IMG/VR virus record: IMGVR_UViG_3300033141_004351
Reading direction: 5' to 3' (one strand)
DNA from: an uncultured virus (IMG/VR IMGVR_UViG_3300033141_004351)
Taxonomy: Duplodnaviria > Heunggongvirae > Uroviricota > Caudoviricetes
Length of the DNA stretch: 64,000 nt
The notes under the pieces: model-generated
Seen by the model: the letters and a program-made list of their open reading frames with translations, nothing else
The model's database searches: none
Told to the model about the DNA's origin: nothing
Part shown: one piece after another, positions 37,597 through 45,885 of the stretch
How positions within the stretch are numbered: position 1 is the stretch's first letter
Layout of the letters: each line of letters starts with the position of its first letter
Translations under genes and position numbers: made by a program

Positions 37597-37615
37597 TTGG
37601 ACCAAGGAGCATAAA

Positions 37616-37975
37616 ATGAGAAAACAGACAATAAATATGATTGCCGTGCTGGGCATATTATTATACATGTTGATTTGGGTATATCTTTTAAACGTACAGC
37701 TTGGTAGGGAGCTGAAAGAGATTCAAAACCTTAAAGATAGCGTCAACCACACATTGCTCACATTTAATGTGCGGAAAGCAGATCTATTTTTAGAGGTTTG
37801 GGAAAACCGTAGGGATATATATGTCAACCGTAACGAGATTGCTAAAGTCAGAACCGTTATGATAACGTCGGAATATCATATCGCCATGGTGCCAATACTG
37901 GTGCCTGGGAAGTCGATTGTTCCGAAAGCTGTAGTGAACCGATTAAAACCACAAAAAAGGGGGATCAATGAGTAA
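37616..37975 (+). CDS. Membrane-anchored hypothetical protein
   Basis: N-terminal transmembrane helix; AAGGAG RBS. Confidence 0.65.
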   Translation: MRKQTINMIAVLGILLYMLIWVYLLNVQLGRELKEIQNLKDSVNHTLLTFNVRKADLFLEVWENRRDIYVNRNEIAKVRTVMITSEYHIAMVPILVPGKSIVPKAVVNRLKPQKRGINE

Positions 37976-38438
37976 ATCAATAACAATAATGGCACTTGAT
38001 CTTGGGCGTCAGACCGGATGGTCTGTTCTACAGAATGAAGTTATTACTCTGGGAACAGAGAACTTTCCGCTTGTCAGGGGAGAATCGCCAGGTATGCTTT
38101 ATTTGCGCTTTGGTGGGTGGCTGGAAAAGATGTATGACATTATGATGCAACAACTGGGGATGGTGATTTATGAACAGGCCCACCACCGTGGTGGCGCCGC
38201 TACCCAGGTTGGTGTGGGTTTACAAACAAAAGTGATGGAGTTCTGCGCCAAGTATGAGATTGAGTGTATGACTGTCCATACAGCGACGCTTAAGAAGTTT
38301 TCAACCGGCAACGGTGCTGCCGGCAAAGAAACGATGATAGAAGCAGCTAAAGCTAAAGGGCAAAGCCCCCAGAACGACGACGAGGCTGACGCTTTCTTAA
38401 TGCTGGAATACGCCAAATATGAAATTGGCATAACCTAA
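37968..38438 (+). CDS. RuvC-like Holliday junction resolvase
   Basis: IMALDLGRQTGWS, VIYEQ, LKKFSTGNGAAGK, DDEADA. Confidence 0.85.
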   Translation: MSKSITIMALDLGRQTGWSVLQNEVITLGTENFPLVRGESPGMLYLRFGGWLEKMYDIMMQQLGMVIYEQAHHRGGAATQVGVGLQTKVMEFCAKYEIECMTVHTATLKKFSTGNGAAGKETMIEAAKAKGQSPQNDDEADAFLMLEYAKYEIGIT

Positions 38439-38905
38439 TGGACTGGGAATTTACAACCATAGGGGTTGGTGGGATTACGGTTGGGTTGGGATATATATGT
38501 CCAGACTGTGGTGTAATCCGGCCAACAATGGAGTGTAGTTGCCAACCAAAACCCGTAAAGGAGATGAAAATGACTATTTTAAACCCGAAACCGATTATTG
38601 ACAAACTGGAAAAGGATGGAGTGGAGACAGTTAAGGTAAAAAGGGGCAAGGGCCTCTATCGTGCAGAAAAATTAAAACTGGTTAACGAGTGGCTGGCCGA
38701 GAAAGCTGGTGCGATAATCCGCAAGGGTAGCCCGGACGAAGACCTGGAACCGACCGACAAGCAGTTGTCTGAAAGGGCTTTTGAGAAAGAAGTTAAAACC
38801 CTGGAATTAGCCAACAAGACCGACGAGGAATATGAGGCCGCTGATGCAAAAACCAAACGTGCAATCACCATGGCCAGGAAAAAGCTGGCTGCTGAAAAAG
38901 AATAA
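38438..38905 (+). CDS. Hypothetical protein
   Basis: 155 aa; an internal AAGGAG-ATG suggests a possible shorter start. Confidence 0.6.
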   Translation: MDWEFTTIGVGGITVGLGYICPDCGVIRPTMECSCQPKPVKEMKMTILNPKPIIDKLEKDGVETVKVKRGKGLYRAEKLKLVNEWLAEKAGAIIRKGSPDEDLEPTDKQLSERAFEKEVKTLELANKTDEEYEAADAKTKRAITMARKKLAAEKE

Positions 38906-38918
38906 AGGGAGGTAGATC

Positions 38919-39200
38919 ATGGAGGTTAGTTTTTCTGAACGCGAAAAAATATCAGGCATGGTAAACCAGCTCATGGTTGACTATGAAAAAGAGATTGAGG
39001 CGGCCTATCTGGCTACCGAAGGTGTATTTAAGATTGCACTTTCTGCCAAGATTGAGTCACAGGGCAACACCAAGGTTATAACAGTGGAAATGTCTTTTGA
39101 TCCGGCCAAAAAGATAAAAGACAGAATCACAGAGACTATAGATCTGGATCAGATGAAGTTGCCATTTAAGGACAAACAAGATTTAGAACCGGCTGGTTAA
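38919..39200 (+). CDS. Hypothetical protein
   Basis: 93 aa; GGAGG RBS; QMKLPF tail. Confidence 0.7.
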   Translation: MEVSFSEREKISGMVNQLMVDYEKEIEAAYLATEGVFKIALSAKIESQGNTKVITVEMSFDPAKKIKDRITETIDLDQMKLPFKDKQDLEPAG

Positions 39201-39230
39201 AAACTATTTTACCAGTCAAAGGAGCGCTAA

Positions 39231-39575
39231 ATGAAACTGTATTGCATGTGTAAAATAACAGGCCCCGGCCAGTATAAGGAAGGAAAGGTCCTGGACGACC
39301 AGGTGTATATGGCCCCAAATCGATTTATTCCACCCGAAAAGGTTGATGGGAACCTTTCTGTTATGCTTCCACGGTCTATGAAAAACATCAACATGGGTGT
39401 CGAGCAACGGGTACCGAACAGTTCAGACGACAAATATCCGAACCTGCATCCGAAAACCAAAGGTCAGGTGGAAAGTGAACGGAAGAAGCTGCGCGAGAAG
39501 ACAAGGCAGCATTTTCCTAACGTAGATCTATATCACTGTACCCGTTGTGGGGCCATGGTCTGTCTGGAGGGATAA
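39231..39575 (+). CDS. Hypothetical protein
   Basis: 114 aa; AAGGAG RBS; CMC...CTRC. Confidence 0.65.
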   Translation: MKLYCMCKITGPGQYKEGKVLDDQVYMAPNRFIPPEKVDGNLSVMLPRSMKNINMGVEQRVPNSSDDKYPNLHPKTKGQVESERKKLREKTRQHFPNVDLYHCTRCGAMVCLEG

Positions 39576-39919
39576 TGGATTGGGACTTTAACAGAATAAC
39601 CGACGTTTTACTTGAAGTAAGGGGAGAGAGAGAAAACCAACACTTAAGGTACGGCAACAACCCTTTTAATGACACTGTTTACAACATGATGTTAGTTTTA
39701 GCCGAAGAAGTGGGCGAGGTTTCTGCTGCTCTGGTTGAGACAAGGGTTAACGAGATGGAGGCCGATAGTTGCACCAGTGCCAGCCTTTGCGATAAATATA
39801 TTACAAAGGCCGAAGCTGCAATCAAACACGCCCGAAAAGAATTGATCCAGGTGTCAGCTGTAGCTGTGGCCATGGTTGAGCTGATCGATTCGCTGAAAAG
39901 GGAGGAAAGTACATGCTAA
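39575..39919 (+). CDS. MazG-like nucleotide pyrophosphohydrolase
   Basis: ERENQ...G, VLAEEVGEV, KELIQVSAVAVAMVE; GGAGG RBS and TAATG coupling. Confidence 0.75.
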   Translation: MDWDFNRITDVLLEVRGERENQHLRYGNNPFNDTVYNMMLVLAEEVGEVSAALVETRVNEMEADSCTSASLCDKYITKAEAAIKHARKELIQVSAVAVAMVELIDSLKREESTC

Positions 39920-40128
39920 CGATTAGAGAATTAGAGAACAGGTTTACTTACCACAAACCGACAGGAAAGAATCAGGTTAAAAGATACGAGGAAATCAGAC
40001 GCTCTGCCTTAAATTTCGCTGAGTTTTTATTTGAGTTTACTCCGGAGTCCAGGGAACAGTCTTTGGCAATTGGTCGTCTGGAGGAGGTTGTATTCTGGGC
40101 AAATGCTGCGATAGCCCGTAATGAATGA
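39913..40128 (+). CDS. Acb2/Tad1-like helical-hairpin protein (candidate signalling-nucleotide sponge)
   Basis: ENRFTYHKP...RYEEIR...SREQSLAIGRLEEVVFWANAAIAR; the C-terminal helix resembles the Tad1/Acb2 hairpin as recalled. Confidence 0.6.
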   Translation: MLTIRELENRFTYHKPTGKNQVKRYEEIRRSALNFAEFLFEFTPESREQSLAIGRLEEVVFWANAAIARNE

Positions 40129-40146
40129 AAGGAGGGCGCCACGAGC

Positions 40147-40605
40147 ATGTATAATATGATGTTTGGTGTAAACCAGTTTGCGCCACTGCTGGTCGGTATG
40201 ATTGGGTTGGACCATAAAAATGTTCCGCGGTTTAGAGATGCCTATATAGGTGAAAGAGATATCGATGGAGATCCGCTCGCCAAGGTTATTGTTATTCACA
40301 CCCGTACCGGTGGTGGAAATCGTGAGGCTTATCAAGAGTTGAACGAGACCCTGAAGAATGAACATTATATCTTTGACAGGGATGATGATTTTGACAGCAC
40401 TTATGCCGATTGGTTTTATCGGGTACCCGAAAAGTGGAAAGATTTTATTGAAGCTATATCTTCTGTCGGCGATCACCGTCCACCCAAAGAGAAATGGCAG
40501 AGTTTGTTTAATAAAATTAAAGAAAATAAAGTTGAGGATCAGGAAGTTTTAAGGGCTATGGAGGCGTTCCGTAAAATATTTATTTCTCTGGGTATTATTA
40601 AGTAG
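40147..40605 (+). CDS. Conserved phage hypothetical protein
   Basis: RFRDAY...HTRTGGGNRE...DDDFDSTYA. Confidence 0.75.
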   Translation: MYNMMFGVNQFAPLLVGMIGLDHKNVPRFRDAYIGERDIDGDPLAKVIVIHTRTGGGNREAYQELNETLKNEHYIFDRDDDFDSTYADWFYRVPEKWKDFIEAISSVGDHRPPKEKWQSLFNKIKENKVEDQEVLRAMEAFRKIFISLGIIK

Positions 40606-40642
40606 CCCTGGCATAACTGTCGAGTAGCCCTTGCATGACTGT
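40601..40642. repeat. 20-bp imperfect tandem repeat with 22-bp period
   Basis: agtagccctggcataactgt / agtagcccttgcatgactgt (18 of 20 identical). Confidence 0.8.
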
Positions 40643-40818
40643 TTAAAAATCGGATCTGAAAAATTTTTGGAAATTTTTAGAAAAATTCTGGTGGGGGTTT
40701 TTGCCGGAACCTTTGCCGGGTTGCCTGGCTGAAAAGGGGCTGGATTATCCGGGTGCTTTACCCGGTGTGTTCCTGGTGCCTATCGGGGGCCATAGTTCAG
40801 TTCTGGCCAGGTTTAAAA

Positions 40819-40860
40819 CAAAAAAAATGGCCCAGGGTTTGAGCCCTGAGCCGTTTTTTT
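40819..40860 (-). terminator. Intrinsic terminator, probably bidirectional
   Basis: Minus strand GGCUCAGGG-CUCAAA-CCCUGGGCC followed by a U-tract; a T-tract also follows on the plus strand; lies between convergent operons. Confidence 0.8.
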
Positions 40861-40883
40861 GTCTGGGGTGTGTTCTGTTGTTT

Positions 40884-41276
40884 TTAGTCTCCTTTCTCAA
40901 TAATATTATAATCAAGCCAACCGTCGCCCTCATGACAACCATACAAGAAGGCGCTTAGTTCCGCCTTTGTTTCAAAGCTATAGGTTTGCGTGAATGCGCC
41001 CTCTTGACTCCACGCTACGGTTACGCTGTAAGGTTTTTCGTTGCTTAAGTTCAAGGTTTTGTATTCGCCGGGGTCAAGTCCCTCTTTTTCTAATGATTTT
41101 ATGGCGTTTTGTACTACCTGGGGCCAGTCTTCGGGGTTGTTGTCTGCTTTTATGCAACAAAGTTCTTCGTCTGATCCGCCGTCAAAGTCCAACACCAGGA
41201 CGTCAAGGGCCTGCGGACTGTCCACGTTCTGAACAAGTCCGCCGTCCACTGTTATGATTATGGGTGTTTTTTCCAT
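40884..41276 (-). CDS. Hypothetical protein
   Basis: AAGGAG RBS before MEKTPIIITVDGGLVQNV. Confidence 0.7.
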   Translation of the reverse strand: MEKTPIIITVDGGLVQNVDSPQALDVLVLDFDGGSDEELCCIKADNNPEDWPQVVQNAIKSLEKEGLDPGEYKTLNLSNEKPYSVTVAWSQEGAFTQTYSFETKAELSAFLYGCHEGDGWLDYNIIEKGD

Positions 41277-41292
41277 GGCCTTTAATCTCCTT

Positions 41293-42399
41293 TTAATCAA
41301 CTCCGCCACTTGATGACCAACTTGCAAGGGCTGTGTTGATGTGAGCTGAAAAGATTTTAATATTTTCAATTGTTGATAGTTTCAACTGTGCGTGGTCGCC
41401 TTCGCTGTGGCGTATTTGGCCGGAAACTATTATTTGACTGCCGTCACAGTGCCTTAAAGCGTGTTTAAAATGTTTGGCCGTTTTTTCCGCCGTTAAAAAG
41501 GCCACCTGTGATAGTCTCCCGCCCCTGGTGGCAATGTGCGCCGCCCCTGGCCGGTTGCTGGCGTCGGTAAGGTTAAACTTGGGGTCAAGTTGTTTATATA
41601 TCTGCCTTGCCGTGCTGCCTTCAAAGATCGGATAAAAAAACCATTCCCCTTGTCGTTGTATTTTTTCACCTCTGGCCTCTGCCTGGCGGATCGCTTTGGG
41701 TTTCAAGATGTCGTATGCTTTGCCAACGCTGGCCGCTGGGCCTGGCAGTTGTGATATGAAATAACTTCCTTCATCCATGCCGAGTATAAAATATTTTACT
41801 GGGTGCTTTACCTTCCTCTCTCCCGTAGACTTCCAGGGGTCTTGATGGTTTTCAAACAATAATTTGGTTTCCGTCCAGGCGTCCCACATAAGAACGGCGG
41901 CGGCGGGCCTGTGCCAATAGCTCGGGGCCTGTTGTCTTTCTCCCTCTTTATCTTTCCAGCTTTGAAATCTGACCGTTGCGCCTTTGGGGGCTGATTTAAT
42001 AAACTTCTCGGCGTCTTCTCGTGCCGCCTTCCCGTAAAATTTAGGATCGAAATAAAAATCTTCTTGCTGGTCGGGTTGTGTGCTTACAATATGCAAACTT
42101 TCTGAGTCGTACTCTATGCCCGCAGCTTGTAGGGCTGAAAACGAAATGGTTATATCTCCCCGCCCTTCATCGCGGTATGCGGCGGTTTCGCTTTGGTGCC
42201 TGCCGGTGCTGCTGCTGTACTTGTCGCCATTAAATAAATATGAACCGCTGCGGAGTTTATAAGCAAGCGGAAAGTGCCGCCCGTAACTGTAAAGGGTTTT
42301 TTTATCCTCCCAGTAAACGTTCCCGGCTCCCGTTGGGCCGTCTGCGGCCTGGTCAAAAAATGCCTCTATTACGTTGTTATTCGTGCCGTATCTGCTCAT
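41293..42399 (-). CDS. Hypothetical early phage protein
   Basis: 368 aa; LYSYGRHFPLA, YSSSTGRHQ, RQGEWFF motifs; GGAGG RBS. Confidence 0.75.
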   Translation of the reverse strand: MSRYGTNNNVIEAFFDQAADGPTGAGNVYWEDKKTLYSYGRHFPLAYKLRSGSYLFNGDKYSSSTGRHQSETAAYRDEGRGDITISFSALQAAGIEYDSESLHIVSTQPDQQEDFYFDPKFYGKAAREDAEKFIKSAPKGATVRFQSWKDKEGERQQAPSYWHRPAAAVLMWDAWTETKLLFENHQDPWKSTGERKVKHPVKYFILGMDEGSYFISQLPGPAASVGKAYDILKPKAIRQAEARGEKIQRQGEWFFYPIFEGSTARQIYKQLDPKFNLTDASNRPGAAHIATRGGRLSQVAFLTAEKTAKHFKHALRHCDGSQIIVSGQIRHSEGDHAQLKLSTIENIKIFSAHINTALASWSSSGGVD

Positions 42400-42426
42400 T
42401 GTTTTATCCTCCCTTCTATTGTTAAA

Positions 42427-42804
42427 TTATATATCTTTATATCTTCCAAGGTGGTCTTGATAATGAAAATTACTACTATCAAAGCACGAACAAAACAGCC
42501 TATAAGATGCTTCAAAAAGCATATCCATGCCGCACCCGCTAATTCTGACAATTCCGTTTTTTCTATTGTCGCCATATAGTTTCCAGAATGGCGTATAGTT
42601 TAGATTGATCATTTCTTTTTTATAAAGAATGTAAACAGATATTGTCCTACTCATGCCGGAAGCTGCAACGGTGTTAACCTGTGCATAAACCCCCCGCCTA
42701 ATCTGCCTTCTTAGTGGTTCCCATAGCCTTTTAATTTCTTCTATTTCGTAGCGGTTTAGCTTTTTACCGCCCATTTTTTTTATGGCCTTATCTATTAATT
42801 TCAT
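42427..42804 (-). CDS. Hypothetical early phage protein
   Basis: SGMSRTI...GCGMDM motif; AAGGAG RBS. Confidence 0.75.
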   Translation of the reverse strand: MKLIDKAIKKMGGKKLNRYEIEEIKRLWEPLRRQIRRGVYAQVNTVAASGMSRTISVYILYKKEMINLNYTPFWKLYGDNRKNGIVRISGCGMDMLFEASYRLFCSCFDSSNFHYQDHLGRYKDI

Positions 42805-42825
42805 GGCCTTTAGTCTCCTTTATGT

Positions 42826-43041
42826 TTAATAAGTTTCTGTTAACAGTCCGATTACATAGTCGGTCGGGTTGTCTGCAAGGTAAACCGGCGGGCCCTTTGA
42901 CTGCTCGCTGTTTATTTTTACATGCGCCTTGCTGCTGTCAAACCTGACAAGATCAACCGTTTTCTTGCTGGCCTGGCATACAAGCCACACCTGGCCATCA
43001 AATCGGGTTATATTGCCGGGGTGTAGGTGTGAATAGGTCAT
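42826..43041 (-). CDS. Hypothetical protein
   Basis: 71 aa; AAGGA RBS. Confidence 0.65.
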   Translation of the reverse strand: MTYSHLHPGNITRFDGQVWLVCQASKKTVDLVRFDSSKAHVKINSEQSKGPPVYLADNPTDYVIGLLTETY

Positions 43042-43062
43042 AGGCTTTAATTTCCTTTTTAT

Positions 43063-43221
43063 TCAATGGAAGGCGTGGTTGACGTCTTCCTGGTTTACTT
43101 CAAAGGTGCGTTCACAGTTTTGACAAGTGACCTGGTTATAAATCTCTATCTCTTTGTTAAGGGTGTCACACTCTGGACACGTCCATTCATATCCGCTTGC
43201 AATAAGTCCCACCGTTTCCAT
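43063..43221 (-). CDS. Zinc-ribbon peptide (52 aa, not in the track)
   Basis: AGGAGG RBS; ASGYEWTCPEC...VTCQNC. Confidence 0.75.
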   Translation of the reverse strand: METVGLIASGYEWTCPECDTLNKEIEIYNQVTCQNCERTFEVNQEDVNHAFH

Positions 43222-43234
43222 TATTATTACCTCC

Positions 43235-43405
43235 TTACTGCTTGCTTTGTGGTTCTATAATGTAATCAAGAATATTCTCGTTTTCGTAAATATCAACTAT
43301 ATACCGGCGGTTGTTTTCTGCGTCGTCCCTGGTGGCCTTTAGTCCGCTGAATATCCAGGCGTTTTTAAGATATTCTTCTGTGATCTCCCAGTTTATACGC
43401 CACAC
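43235..43405 (-). CDS. Small hypothetical protein, possibly the 3' part of a frameshifted gene starting at 43514
   Basis: GTG start, WRINWEITEEYLKNAWIF...; a 26-codon ORF at 43434-43514 has the stronger AAGGAG RBS. Confidence 0.45.
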   Translation of the reverse strand: MWRINWEITEEYLKNAWIFSGLKATRDDAENNRRYIVDIYENENILDYIIEPQSKQ

Positions 43406-43596
43406 TTTTTCCCTTTCAGCGGTTGCGGGCTTTTTAATTATTAAAAGCCGCTGCCTTCCTTAAGTGCTTTTCCTCTGGGGTGCTTTCCGTGATTAAGTCA
43501 AATGGTTTTCTCATGGTGTCCGGTCTCCTTTCTCGGTTAGATTGTTTACATTGATGACGGTTTCATTATCAACACAACGGTTTCTTTCTGCCTTTT

Positions 43597-43803
43597 CTAT
43601 GGTTGTAAAGAATCTGGCCTTGCGGTTTCCATGCCAGCTATTGCCTGCACACTGATTAAGCCAATTTTAATATAGCTAACATACCAGCCGTGCTCTTTTT
43701 GTATCATTATCTCCGCCGTGTCGGTTTCTCCGTCGTGCCTCGTAAATAATAGATTATATTTCTTTGTTTTAAAACCTTCCCTTGATCTGTGGATTATTTC
43801 CAT
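43597..43803 (-). CDS. Hypothetical protein
   Basis: 68 aa; first gene after the leftward promoter. Confidence 0.6.
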   Translation of the reverse strand: MEIIHRSREGFKTKKYNLLFTRHDGETDTAEIMIQKEHGWYVSYIKIGLISVQAIAGMETARPDSLQP

Positions 43804-43848
43804 TTATACTTCCCGGGTTGTGGGTTATTAGTTTATCTACCCGTTTAT

Positions 43849-43877
43849 AATATAGGACATCACAGCTTACTTGTCAA
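43849..43877 (-). promoter_or_regulatory. Leftward sigma70-type promoter
   Basis: TTGACA-17 nt-TATATT; 27 of 33 nt identical to 33251-33283. Confidence 0.75.
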
Positions 43878-44021
43878 GCTTTATCTTATCTTTTTTTTAT
43901 CCTGAAATCATTATATATTTGCCCTCCCTGTGGGCTGTTGTGTCTTAGTCTGCAACACTCTGTTATAATAGAATAAAACTATACCGAAACGGGGAAAAGA
44001 AACTGAGTAACAAATAAACAC

Positions 44022-44051
44022 TTGACATCTTCTTTCATAACATACTATAAA
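44022..44051 (+). promoter_or_regulatory. Possible rightward promoter for the packaging operon
   Basis: TTGACA-18 nt-TATAAA upstream of the terS-like gene. Confidence 0.45.
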
Positions 44052-44116
44052 CCCTTCCATCTTTTTACCATCAATCAATTATATCCCGTCTCCATAGTTT
44101 TAAGTCCGGTTAAGCT

Positions 44117-44551
44117 ATGCCTAAAGAATCAACCAATAAAAAACCAGGCCGCAAGCCAGCGGTGCCTATCACCAGGATGATCCAGTTGCGTGACGCTGGT
44201 CTGAACCTCCAGGAAATTGGTGATATGTGCGGTTGTTCAAAGGCTAATGTTTCCGCCCGGTTAAAGGCTGTTAAGGCTGAATTTAAGGGCCTGGCGGTGT
44301 TCAAGGATAAGAGGGCCGATATTCTGGCCTTGATGCAGCAGAAGATGCTCTATTCTTTGACGGACAAGGATATAAAACGGATGCCTGGCGGTTCCCGGGT
44401 GCTTGCCATGTGTCAACTGTACGATAAGGAACGGATCGAACGTGGTCAACCTGGGGTTTACGTCCAATATTCTGACTTCCAGGGTGAACTTGACGACGTT
44501 AACAGTGAAATCAAGCAGTTAGAAATGGAACTGGCCGAGCTGGGAGGGTGA
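44117..44551 (+). CDS. HTH protein, probable terminase small subunit
   Basis: LNLQEIGDMCGCSKANVSARL helix-turn-helix; LYDKERIERGQ; begins the rightward late block. Confidence 0.6.
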   Translation: MPKESTNKKPGRKPAVPITRMIQLRDAGLNLQEIGDMCGCSKANVSARLKAVKAEFKGLAVFKDKRADILALMQQKMLYSLTDKDIKRMPGGSRVLAMCQLYDKERIERGQPGVYVQYSDFQGELDDVNSEIKQLEMELAELGG

Positions 44552-44680
44552 CGGGTGGCCTGGTCGGATTAGCCTGGCCGTGATCGGCGCCCTGGTCTGG
44601 GTTATCAGCTACCTGGTGACCTCTTGTTTGCTCTGATTTACTGGGAAATATGGAGATATCCCCTTGATAATAATATTGAT

Positions 44681-44708
44681 AGTTAACATAATACATCTTA
44701 TAAGACGC
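44681..44708 (-). other. dif-like XerC/XerD recombination site
   Basis: Minus strand GCGTCTTATAA-GATGTA-TTATGTTAACT, 11-6-11 layout; the XerD arm matches E. coli TTATGTTAAAT at 10 of 11. Confidence 0.8.
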
Positions 44709-44988
44709 GCCGCTGCATGGTGTGCCTGCCCTGGTCGGGCCTGTTCTTTTCGTGGGCCTGGTCTGATCGCGCCCGGTCCCGGCATGGTTTGCCCTGGAAC
44801 CGGAACCGCCCCAGCCCGCGGCCTGGAAAGGCCGACCCCCAAAATACGGTGGAGCGAAGCTATATCTCCTAATCCCATAGATTCCAATAAATATAAAACA
44901 ACAGGACATAACGTCCTATGGGTTATGTTCAGGTTGGCTAAAATGATTAACCGGCTGTATTTATTTCAAATTTTAAAAAGGAAATTAA

Positions 44989-45498
44989 GTGGCTGAAAGA
45001 ACTGGTATAAAATTATCTTCACTCGCTAAAGATTTAGGGTTGACCGCCAGGGATGTTTACGAGGCTTTATTATCTTATGGAAATTTAAACCAGCGGAAGG
45101 TCCTTGCATATTCGGGCGAAGATCTTGTAATCCCCGAGAGCTTGCATGCGGAGTTACTGGAGATAAACGATCATTTACAGGAACTTATATATTCCGAGGT
45201 TCTGATAGAAGAAACAGCTTCCACCCAGATCCCGTTTGATTCTATGCCGAGAGTATATTTTCTTTTAGATGGGAAGGTGATTGTCTATATTGGACAGAGT
45301 TTGTCGATAGCCGGTAGGATCAATAAGCACTCAGAAAGCAAAACATTTAACAGGGTTGCGACGTTTAAGGTCACACAGGATGAACTATCTATAACTGAAG
45401 CGATGAATATAAATTATTATCATCCGGTATATAACATACACACAGCACTTACCGGCCAATATATCGAAAATATATTATCAAGGGTATCGGTTTGGTAA
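44989..45498 (+). CDS. Free-standing GIY-YIG-like nuclease
   Basis: VYFLLDGKVIVYIGQS...RINKH...EAMNINYYHPVYN. Confidence 0.7.
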   Translation: MAERTGIKLSSLAKDLGLTARDVYEALLSYGNLNQRKVLAYSGEDLVIPESLHAELLEINDHLQELIYSEVLIEETASTQIPFDSMPRVYFLLDGKVIVYIGQSLSIAGRINKHSESKTFNRVATFKVTQDELSITEAMNINYYHPVYNIHTALTGQYIENILSRVSVW

Positions 45499-45585
45499 AA
45501 TTGCATCAAGCGCAACAAGATAAAGTTAAAGCCCCACAAAAATGGGCACTTGTTGTACGAGACGAAACAAATTGAGGTGGTTATG

Positions 45586-45680
45586 ATTATGCTGATCGAA
45601 AGATGCAGCGATGCCGGGGCAAGATTCCTCGTTAAAACTTCATCTGCTGGGTAAGAGCATCGGTAAACCCACGGCATAAT
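45586..45680 (+). ncRNA. Candidate structured RNA with possible pseudoknot
   Basis: attatgctg/cggcataat, cgatgc/gcatcg, cgggg/cctcg and atc-GAAA-gat stems, plus crossing tgggt/accca. Confidence 0.4.
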
Positions 45681-45708
45681 TAAGTTAAGGTTGGATGGGA
45701 GGTAAAAT

Positions 45709-45885
45709 ATGAATGGTGAAAGAGCAAAAAAGATAAGGGGTATGCTTGGCTATCGGGTTGAAGAAGATCCTTGTACTCGCCGTAAATATACCCTTGGCCA
45801 TGGAGGTGTGATCTGCACGGGTCTTCGTAGAACGTATCTTGTATTAAAAAGAAAGGTTAGCTATGGACAAGTCCACGATAATTGA
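45709..45885 (+). CDS. Small basic protein (58 aa, not in the track)
   Basis: GGAGG RBS; MNGERAKKIRG...RRTYLVLKRKV. Confidence 0.65.
   Translation: MNGERAKKIRGMLGYRVEEDPCTRRKYTLGHGGVICTGLRRTYLVLKRKVSYGQVHDN

Noticed and set aside
44511..44996. ORFs on both strands across the GC-rich region
   Set aside because: Low-complexity Pro/Arg/Gly translations without RBS; better explained as non-coding DNA around the dif-like site
45586..45680. tmRNA, hammerhead ribozyme or c-di-GMP riboswitch
   Set aside because: No tRNA-like domain or tag frame, no CUGAUGA core with correct stems, no GEMM consensus; kept only as an unknown RNA candidate
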